Origin: Saprospiraceae bacterium
GTDB taxonomy: Bacteria > Bacteroidota > Bacteroidia > Chitinophagales > Saprospiraceae
DNA length: 64,000 nucleotides
Assembly (NCBI GenBank): GCA_020631105.1
Contig: JAHDHW010000005.1
Location: forward strand, 26,926-90,925
Direction of reading: 5' to 3'
The position numbers were made by a program, and so were the translations under genes. Below, piece after piece: positions 57,124 to 64,000 of the stretch. The notes under the pieces were generated by a model. That model was not told the DNA's origin. It did no database searches and saw only the letters and a list, made by a program, of their open reading frames with translations. The first letter of the stretch is position 1. Each line of letters begins with the position of its first letter.

Positions 57124-60072
57124 TTAGAAATTTAAGTTAACACCTAAGATAAACGATCTAGATGAGAAGTAGTTGTTTCTTCTTTCTATACCAGGAGACA
57201 AAACGTCAGATCCTTGATCAACAAGGTTTGGCTCTGGATCGATACCTGTATAGTTAGTGATTACAAATGGATTCTGGAAAATTAAAGATACATTCATACC
57301 TGTAAAAGCAGAATTCTCAAGTGCAATTCTTCTAGAAATCGTTAAGTTATCTAATTTGAAGAAATCAGCTTTCTCAACATATAAAGAACTAAATCGAGCA
57401 GTTGTTAAACCATCAACTGCCTTATCAGTGTTAACAAAGTTATACGAAGACTGAGTTGATAATCTTGGCTCATAGAAAGCACGGAATGTGTTTACTAAGC
57501 TGTGACCAAAAGCTCCTCGGAAGAAAGCATTGATCGACCAATCACCAATAGTAACTTGGTTAGTCCATCCTAATTCTAAATCAGGTAAACCATTACCAAG
57601 CACTTCAAAATCCACATCTGGATCTAATGCTCTATCCTGAGCAGTGATTAGTTGACCATCACCGTTCACGTCAGCAAATACAGGGTTACCTTCTTCTACA
57701 CCAGTGAAAACAGGTCCCCAGATATTTCCAATCTCTTCACCAACCTTTACTAATAACATGTTCGTACCATTCTGACCAGGAGAACCTAAGTTTGCTCTGG
57801 TTTCTGCATCCAATACATATTCTTCAAGAACTGTTTTGTATGTAGATAATACGATACCTGTGTTATAGTTTACATTAGAATTACGAACAACATCATAATT
57901 CAAAGCTAATTCAAGACCTTGAGTATTTAATTTACCAGCGTTCTCAAAACGTCTGTCTACACCAAATACAGCAACATCAACTGTTCTTTCTAGGATGAAG
58001 TCAGAGATATCACGGTTATAAAGATCTAATGTTGCAGATAATTTACCAGCAGTAATTTCAACACCTAAGTTGATCTCTGCTTTCTCTTCCCACTGTAGAT
58101 CCGGGTTAGCAGCTCTTGCCAACTCTGTAGAAACAGCACCAGTAGCACCATCGTTTACGATGTTTCTTACTTCTTGTGCCAAACCACTCTGACCAGGAAG
58201 TGCACCAGTAACCCCATAACCTAAACGTACTTTGAATAAATCAACACCTCCAATATCAAGGTATCTGTTTAAGTCAACACCAACACCAAATGCTGGGAAT
58301 AATCCCCATTTGTTGTCCACTCCGAGTTTAGTTGAACCTTCACGACGAAGAGAAGCATTAACGAAAATTGCATTATCAAATGTAAAGTTCGCACGACCGA
58401 AGAATGCAATAATTTTATTTGTAGGAGAAGCATTACTACCTGCACCAATAAAACCTGCATTATTCAAATCCTGAGAAGCCTCAATCAACTTACTGAAATC
58501 CAAATCATTATTTGGGAAGTCACCAATGCTGAAGAACTTATCAAAGAAATCGTCCTCCTGGTAAGAGTAACCTGCTGTAACTCTAAGGTCAGATTGACCA
58601 AAAGATGTTAGGTAAGTTGCAAAACCTTCATATAAGTTGAAAGTAAAATCAGACTCATAGAATTCTGCTAAACCTTTACGAGTTGGGCTAGTTGCATTAC
58701 CACGGAAATTAGCCGTAGTTGGTGCATATTGATTATTGTTAATATCTGTTCTTTGCTGTGCAACACGGAAATTAACTGTCAAGCTAGGCATTAAGTCATA
58801 TGCCAAGTTTACGTTATAATTAAACTCTCTTCGCTCCGTTAAGTTTCTATTCTGCTCTGCAATAGACACAGGATTAAAACTATCAAATAGACCTAATGTC
58901 TCGAAGTATCCTCCAAACTGATCACTGTTGAATGGGAAAGGAGAATTTACACCTAGAACAGGAGCCGTAGGGTTGTACAATACAGCATAACGAAGTGCTT
59001 CAGTATAACCATTTTCTTGATCTCTGTGCGTGTAAGAGGTATTAAAATCAATCTTCAATTTGTCATTGAATGCTCTTGAAGAGAAATTCAAACGAGTGTT
59101 GAATTGATCATAACCGGTATTAATCAAAATACCATTCTTTTCACGAATGTTTGCAGAAATACGGAAAGAAGAATTAGATCCGATTCCACCAGAAGCAGAT
59201 AGCCCGTGATTGTGGCTAAATGGATTCTCGGTAACTTCGTCAATCCAATCTGTTTGGCTTCCTAGATCCGTACCACCAGCAGCAACAAACTCAGTAGGGC
59301 TCAAACGCTGAGTTGCATTAACTGCAGACTCTGTTGAAAACTGAGCATTGTAGGACCATTTTACATCCTGAGATGCAGTTCCTTTCTTGGTTGTTACGAT
59401 GATTACACCACTAGAACCTCGAGAACCATAGATCGCAGCAGCAGATCCATCTTTTAACACACTAATGCTTTCGATATCATTAGGGTCAACATTTTGCAAT
59501 GATGCACCGATAACTCCATCGATAACAACTAATGGCTGAACGTTTGCTCCAACAGTAGAAAGACCTCTCAAGCGAATAACTGCTTGTTGATTCGGATCTC
59601 CTCCTCTGTTGTAAACTTGCAAACCAGCAACCTTACCTTGAAGTAATTGAGCTGGATCAGCTATCACCCCTTGGTTGAAATCTTTAGCAGATACTTCTAC
59701 AACTGAAGAAGTAATCTCTTTCTCTTTTTGAGTACCATAACCAGTAACTACGATCTCGTCCAAAAGCGTACCAGCAGATAATTCAACGTCCATGACATTG
59801 GAAGCTCCAATATCCTGAATCATTGTAGAATAACCAGTATAAGTAATTTGGATTTGAGTAGCACCCTCAGGTACTTCAACTGAATACTTACCGTCGAAGT
59901 CGGTGATCGCCCCCGTTCCGGTACCCACTACGGCAACCGAAGCCCCGATAAGAGGCTCTTTGGTTTCTGCATCAGTCACCGTACCTGTCACTGTACGTTG
60001 AGCCATTGCAAAAGTCCCCATTGCTACGAAAAGCAATAGCAATGCATACTTTAAGTTGAAATTAAGTTTCAT
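57124..60072 (-). CDS. SusC/RagA family TonB-linked outer-membrane transporter
   Basis: Signal peptide, then a carboxypeptidase-regulatory-like domain (TVTGTVTDAETKEPLIGASVAV..TDFDGKYS) and a plug (IVVTGYGTQKEKEITSSV...VLKDGSAAAIYGSRGSSGVIIVTTK). Terminal ...ILGVNLNF. No N-terminal STN/anti-sigma signalling extension. Confidence 0.95.
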   Translation of the reverse strand: MKLNFNLKYALLLLFVAMGTFAMAQRTVTGTVTDAETKEPLIGASVAVVGTGTGAITDFDGKYSVEVPEGATQIQITYTGYSTMIQDIGASNVMDVELSAGTLLDEIVVTGYGTQKEKEITSSVVEVSAKDFNQGVIADPAQLLQGKVAGLQVYNRGGDPNQQAVIRLRGLSTVGANVQPLVVIDGVIGASLQNVDPNDIESISVLKDGSAAAIYGSRGSSGVIIVTTKKGTASQDVKWSYNAQFSTESAVNATQRLSPTEFVAAGGTDLGSQTDWIDEVTENPFSHNHGLSASGGIGSNSSFRISANIREKNGILINTGYDQFNTRLNFSSRAFNDKLKIDFNTSYTHRDQENGYTEALRYAVLYNPTAPVLGVNSPFPFNSDQFGGYFETLGLFDSFNPVSIAEQNRNLTERREFNYNVNLAYDLMPSLTVNFRVAQQRTDINNNQYAPTTANFRGNATSPTRKGLAEFYESDFTFNLYEGFATYLTSFGQSDLRVTAGYSYQEDDFFDKFFSIGDFPNNDLDFSKLIEASQDLNNAGFIGAGSNASPTNKIIAFFGRANFTFDNAIFVNASLRREGSTKLGVDNKWGLFPAFGVGVDLNRYLDIGGVDLFKVRLGYGVTGALPGQSGLAQEVRNIVNDGATGAVSTELARAANPDLQWEEKAEINLGVEITAGKLSATLDLYNRDISDFILERTVDVAVFGVDRRFENAGKLNTQGLELALNYDVVRNSNVNYNTGIVLSTYKTVLEEYVLDAETRANLGSPGQNGTNMLLVKVGEEIGNIWGPVFTGVEEGNPVFADVNGDGQLITAQDRALDPDVDFEVLGNGLPDLELGWTNQVTIGDWSINAFFRGAFGHSLVNTFRAFYEPRLSTQSSYNFVNTDKAVDGLTTARFSSLYVEKADFFKLDNLTISRRIALENSAFTGMNVSLIFQNPFVITNYTGIDPEPNLVDQGSDVLSPGIERRNNYFSSRSFILGVNLNF

Positions 60073-60509
60073 ACACTATTAGGGTTTTGTTAATAATAAA
60101 TACCTATTTCCAATTAATATAATGACTATTTGACCCGATTTTCAAAATGATATAAATCAAAAACAAGGGGCCAAATATGCAAAACATTCAAAATAAAAGC
60201 TCAGGAAAATGAGGGACACAACAAAAAACAAGTTAAAGTGTCTGTATTATTACGTGTGATACTTATCGAAAAGTATCGGTTAATTTGGTTACTAAGAATT
60301 CTTAGAAACTTAGAAAAAACAAAATAATGTTAGGATTTCAGATTGGTAGTACGAGCAAGAAATAAGGCCAAAGATATAAATTATTTAAACATTTAGTTAA
60401 ATTAATATGATAAAATGTTAAAGGATTCTAGCTTATTAACGTAAATAATCTACCTTTCGCTTCTCCTTATTCCTGAGATGTGCCTGCTGCAATAATAGTA
60501 CCGAAGAGT

Positions 60510-61727
60510 ATGAGACTTTTATATTTAATCTTGGTGTTTTTGCTAGCGATTATCAAACCGATTGACGCTCAAAGAATTACTGGTGGTGGTAAACGACTAG
60601 ATATTCCCTTTGAGTTAGAAAATGATTTCATAGTCGTTGATGTAAAAATCAATCGAATCCTTTATCTAAAGTTCATTTTTGATACAGGTGCTGAGTATAC
60701 CATCATGACTAAAAGGGAGTACGCGGACCTTATGGGCATACGTTACGAAAGAGAATTCCGAATTCTTGGATCTGATATGACTACCGAATTAGTCGCTTAT
60801 TTGGCAAGAGGAATTACCTTTAGCATGGGTGAGATTGAAGCTGCAAGACAAGATATCCTGGTCATGGGAGATGATTATTATAAATTCGAAGCCATAACAG
60901 GTGTAGACGTTCATGGTATCATCGGAGCTAACTTTTTTAATCGCTACATTGTAAGAATTGACTATGATCGCCAGGTCATTAGCCTTTTTGATCCAAATAA
61001 ATTTACACCATCCAAGAAATTCACACCAATCCCGGTTGATATATACAAAAATAAAATATACTTGACCGCAGCATCCAAACTACTCCCACAAGATAGTTCC
61101 GTCCAGCTAAAATACTTGCTGGATACCGGCGCCAGTTTATCTTTGATGGTATTCACAGACACGGATGATGCACTCAAACTCCCGGAGAATGTGATCCGAG
61201 GCAATATCGGTAGAGGCCTTGGCGGTGAGATCGAAGGATTTATGGGTAGATTTTCGGAGTTAAGCATCGGGCCTCACAAACTCAACAACCTCGTTGGAAA
61301 CTTCCAGGAGATTTATCCTTTTATGAATACTTCAGAGCGAAACGGTCGTAATGGCCTCATAGGTAATTCTGTCCTCAAACGTTTTGAGATTATTATTGAT
61401 TACTACAAACAAATCATCTATCTGCGCCCTAATCGTAGTTTCAAACGTAAATTTAAATTTGATCGGAGTGGAATTGTTTTCGTCGCAAGTGGTGATAACC
61501 TGGATCAATATGTCGTCAATTTCGTTATTCCAGGATCCCCCGCAGAGGATGCAGATATCCGAAAAGGGGATATTATTCGGAAAGTAAATTGGCTCCCTAG
61601 TACATTTCTTACCATGAAAAATATCTATAATAGATTCTATGGCAAAATAGGGAAGCGAATCAAATTGAAGATTGAAAGAGACGGTGAAAAAATGCAGAAG
61701 ATTTTTTACCTGAGAGAAATTCTATAG
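60510..61727 (+). CDS. Secreted retropepsin-like aspartyl protease (two DTG lobes) with C-terminal PDZ domain
   Basis: The ATG at 60510 gives signal peptide MRLLYLILVFLLAIIKPIDAQ; the track start GTG at 60480 is less likely. FIFDTGAEYTIM and LLDTGASLSLMVF motifs. PDZ-like VVNFVIPGSPAEDADIRKGDIIRKVN. Confidence 0.8.
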   Translation: MRLLYLILVFLLAIIKPIDAQRITGGGKRLDIPFELENDFIVVDVKINRILYLKFIFDTGAEYTIMTKREYADLMGIRYEREFRILGSDMTTELVAYLARGITFSMGEIEAARQDILVMGDDYYKFEAITGVDVHGIIGANFFNRYIVRIDYDRQVISLFDPNKFTPSKKFTPIPVDIYKNKIYLTAASKLLPQDSSVQLKYLLDTGASLSLMVFTDTDDALKLPENVIRGNIGRGLGGEIEGFMGRFSELSIGPHKLNNLVGNFQEIYPFMNTSERNGRNGLIGNSVLKRFEIIIDYYKQIIYLRPNRSFKRKFKFDRSGIVFVASGDNLDQYVVNFVIPGSPAEDADIRKGDIIRKVNWLPSTFLTMKNIYNRFYGKIGKRIKLKIERDGEKMQKIFYLREIL

Positions 61728-61773
61728 AAGACCACATCAGGTCTCTCCTCTAATTCAAGTTTTCATTTCTATT

Positions 61774-62415
61774 CTATGGCGCTAAACGTTCTCTGATCCA
61801 TTGGCCATCCCGCAGTCGGTAACGGATGCGATCATGTAATCGACTACTCCTTCCCTGCCAGAACTCTATTGCTTCTGGTCGGACCAAATAGCCCCCCCAA
61901 AACTCCGGAATAGGCAATACCTCTTCCCCCTCAAAACGCTCTTTAACCTCCGCTACACGTTCATCAAGCATCTTCCGGTCTTCTATGACTTTACTTTGAG
62001 GGGACACCCATGCGCCAACCTGACTTCCTCTCGGCCGGCTTTGAAAATAGGCCTCTGAGGCCATTTTTGATTGTTTCTCAACCTTTCCTTCAATCCTTAT
62101 CTGTCGCTGTAGATCCAACCAATTGAAGACTAAAGCTACCTGTGGATTGGATTCCATCTCCTGAGCTTTATGGCTCTCATAATTTGTATAAAATACAAAG
62201 CCTTCTTCCTGAATCCCTTTCAATAACACAACTCTCGCAGAAGGCTTACCGTCTGCTGTTGCCGTTGCCAAAGTCATTGCATTAGGCTCCCGTATTTCAC
62301 TCGCTACCGCTTCGTTCATCCAACTTTGAAATTGTTGAATCGGATCCTCATTAACATCTGAAATATCCAATGATCGAAGACGATAGTCTTCTCGCATTTC
62401 TGCTAATTTTTTCAT
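61774..62415 (-). CDS. pdxH: Pyridoxamine 5'-phosphate oxidase
   Basis: 213 aa. PNAMTLATA..DGKPSARVVLLKG...GFVFYTNYES.K...NP.VALVF.W..L.RQIRIEG...FWQGR..RLHDR..Y...WIRERLAP. Confidence 0.95.
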   Translation of the reverse strand: MKKLAEMREDYRLRSLDISDVNEDPIQQFQSWMNEAVASEIREPNAMTLATATADGKPSARVVLLKGIQEEGFVFYTNYESHKAQEMESNPQVALVFNWLDLQRQIRIEGKVEKQSKMASEAYFQSRPRGSQVGAWVSPQSKVIEDRKMLDERVAEVKERFEGEEVLPIPEFWGGYLVRPEAIEFWQGRSSRLHDRIRYRLRDGQWIRERLAP

Positions 62416-62685
62416 AATACAAAAGTATTAAAAATGATACTGCAATGTCGCAATATTGTCGATCTTTACATTCAAATTACTAATCAGAAAAAACCTAGTT
62501 AAGCGGAAGTATTTACGCGTTTTCTTCAGCGTTGATCAGCGGTAATTTGACCAGCGAGTAATAATAAAACTACTGGAATCAACAAATGTTAAGGTTTTCG
62601 CCAACATTAATCCAAAATCTATCGTTTTAAGAAGGATAATTTAAACCATTAGCTAAAAACTACGTCTAAAAAGAAAAAACATACA

Positions 62686-63372
62686 ATGAAGTATTTATTG
62701 TCACTAATATTATTGAGCACTTTTGGGTTCGTCAATGCACAGGACATCCCTGAGCAACTTTTACACGAGGACAAAAATGACCCCGAAGCAAAGGCCATTC
62801 TTGATAAGACCAAAATGTTATATGAGTCTTATAAAACAATGGAAGCCAATTTTACCATGGAAATTGAAATCCCAGAAGAAGATACGGAAGTGCAAAAGGG
62901 AAAATTAATTCAGGATGGGAAGAAATTCCAGCTAAGTCTCCCTGATATTCAAATCTATAATGACGGTTCAACTGTTTGGACCTATATGAACCGTAATAAG
63001 CAAGTTCAAATCAGTGACGCAGAGGACATTGAGGATTCGGAAGATTTTTTGACGCCTAATGATATCCTCAAAATGTACGATCGCGGAGACTTTTACTATG
63101 TCCTAATGAATGTGGCGACAGAAGGTAATACTCCGATTCAACAGATTGAATTTAAGCCTAAAGACAGTGACTCCGAGTATTCAAAAATGAGGCTCACTAT
63201 CAACAGAAAAAATGCCCAGATCAAACGTATCAAAATTTTTAGCAAAGACGGTTCTCGTTTTACATTGAAAATCAATGAACTAAAAACGAATAAGACTTAT
63301 GCTGATAACGCATTTAAACTAGATACCAAATCTTTACCTAAAGATGTATCTGTAGAGGATTTAAGAATATAA
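62686..63372 (+). CDS. LolA-like outer-membrane lipoprotein carrier family protein
   Basis: Signal peptide MKYLLSLILLSTFGFVNAQ. AKAILDKTKMLYESYKTMEANFTMEIE..., plus size and layout typical of Bacteroidota LolA-like proteins. Confidence 0.6.
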   Translation: MKYLLSLILLSTFGFVNAQDIPEQLLHEDKNDPEAKAILDKTKMLYESYKTMEANFTMEIEIPEEDTEVQKGKLIQDGKKFQLSLPDIQIYNDGSTVWTYMNRNKQVQISDAEDIEDSEDFLTPNDILKMYDRGDFYYVLMNVATEGNTPIQQIEFKPKDSDSEYSKMRLTINRKNAQIKRIKIFSKDGSRFTLKINELKTNKTYADNAFKLDTKSLPKDVSVEDLRI

Positions 63373-63395
63373 ACCTCCTCCACAATACATAAAAA

Positions 63396-63434
63396 AGTGT
63401 CAAGCTGGCTTAAACCCCACTTGGCACTTTTTTA
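63396..63434 (+). terminator. Intrinsic terminator after the LolA-like gene
   Basis: AGTGTCAAG (63396-63404) pairs with CTTGGCACT (63420-63428), with one G-U pair, followed by TTTTTTATTT. Confidence 0.7.
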
Positions 63435-63506
63435 TTTCTATTCGTAATTGCATTTCAATTGCCATTTTTTATTCCCATTCGCATTCTGATTTCCATTCAA
63501 TTCCTC

Positions 63507-63514
63507 TATTTTTG
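63507..63514 (+). promoter_or_regulatory. Candidate Bacteroidota -7 promoter box (TAnnTTTG) for the GH3-family gene
   Basis: TATTTTTG lies 19 nt upstream of the ATG at 63533. Confidence 0.3.
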
Positions 63515-63532
63515 CCTACTCAAAATTCACCT

Positions 63533-64000
63533 ATGGGCTTTAAATCCTTTATTGTTAAACCTTTAGCTACCAAAATTGCCAAAGACATTGATCGTTGGTC
63601 TGCCAATGCTGTTGCTGCGCAGGAAAAAGTTTTCAAAAATTTAATCAAAAAAGCGGCAGATACCAATTTTGGAAAAGATCATAGGTTCTCAGAAATCAAA
63701 AGTTATTCTGATTTCGCTGAGCGTGTTCCAATCCGGGATTATGAAGCCCTTCGCCCTTATGTCGATAAAATAATTGCTGGCGAAAAAGATATCTTATGGC
63801 CTGGCAAACCAAAATACTTTGCAAAGACATCTGGAACTACCTCAGGAGTGAAATATATTCCGCTGACCAAGGACAGTATCCCAAATCACTTCGGTACTGC
63901 CCGAAATGCACTTTTCAATTATTATGCTCGTACCGGTAAAGGAGAATTTCTGGATGGAAAAATGATCTTCCTCTCTGGCAGTCCGGAGCTAACCGAAACG
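63533..64000 (+). CDS. GH3 (auxin-responsive-promoter family) adenylate-forming enzyme homolog, N-terminal 156 codons; continues beyond the right edge
   Basis: Absent from the ORF track because no stop lies in the window. MGFKSFIVKPLATKIAKDIDRWSANAVAAQEKVFKNLIKKAADTNFGKDH...RVPIRDYEALRPYVDKI..GEKDILWPGKPKYFAKTSGTTSGVKYIPLTKDS matches the bacterial GH3-family N-terminus. Confidence 0.8.
   Translation, partial: MGFKSFIVKPLATKIAKDIDRWSANAVAAQEKVFKNLIKKAADTNFGKDHRFSEIKSYSDFAERVPIRDYEALRPYVDKIIAGEKDILWPGKPKYFAKTSGTTSGVKYIPLTKDSIPNHFGTARNALFNYYARTGKGEFLDGKMIFLSGSPELTET

Overview
This window looks like a chromosomal segment from a Bacteroidota genome. The evidence is SusC/SusD genes, T9SS C-terminal sorting domains of both type A and type B, a PorP/SprF gene, TAnnTTTG-type promoter boxes and DUF6090. 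It is possibly a marine Saprospiria, Cytophagia or Flavobacteriia lineage; the sequence is moderately AT-rich by eye, and GC content was not computed.

I found no rRNA, tRNA, CRISPR array, transposase, integrase, recognisable defence system or transcription factor. Two edge-truncated genes are missing from the supplied ORF track: a PQQ-dependent sugar dehydrogenase (1-587, minus strand) and a GH3-family adenylate-forming enzyme (63533-64000, plus strand).

Content from left to right:
- **Carotenoid cluster (846-5758):** a carotenoid end-group tailoring cluster with CrtD-like, DUF422/CruF-like, lycopene cyclase, methyltransferase and CrtA-like genes.
- **T9SS cargo neighbourhood (5879-33022):** five large secreted repeat proteins and one PorP/SprF gene, interspersed with housekeeping genes (typA, an oxidoreductase, a BASS transporter).
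- **Intervening genes:** a DUF937-OmpA protein and a cytoplasmic GH13 alpha-glucosidase.
- **SusC/SusD-led operon (37657-60072):** about 22 kb of co-directional genes, described below.
- **Right end:** a retropepsin-PDZ protease, pdxH and a LolA-like protein.

The best candidate for an undescribed system is the SusC/SusD-led operon. It carries three roughly 1085-aa FG-GAP/VCBS + ASPIC/UnbV lipoprotein paralogs, an orphan lipoprotein, two PAP2/vanadium-haloperoxidase-like lipoproteins bracketing a secreted GH65, an SGNH hydrolase and an APC permease. Its gene content does not follow normal polysaccharide-utilisation logic and it has no linked regulator.

Secondary items of interest:
- A 1791-aa type-B T9SS adhesin with a plant-type LRR head and 22 tandem 54-aa two-cysteine repeats.
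- A co-oriented PhoD-like phosphatase / T9SS-secreted CotH-like kinase pair.
- Several long non-coding gaps that carry orphan intrinsic-terminator hairpins.

All functional calls come from motif recognition by eye. No database search was run.
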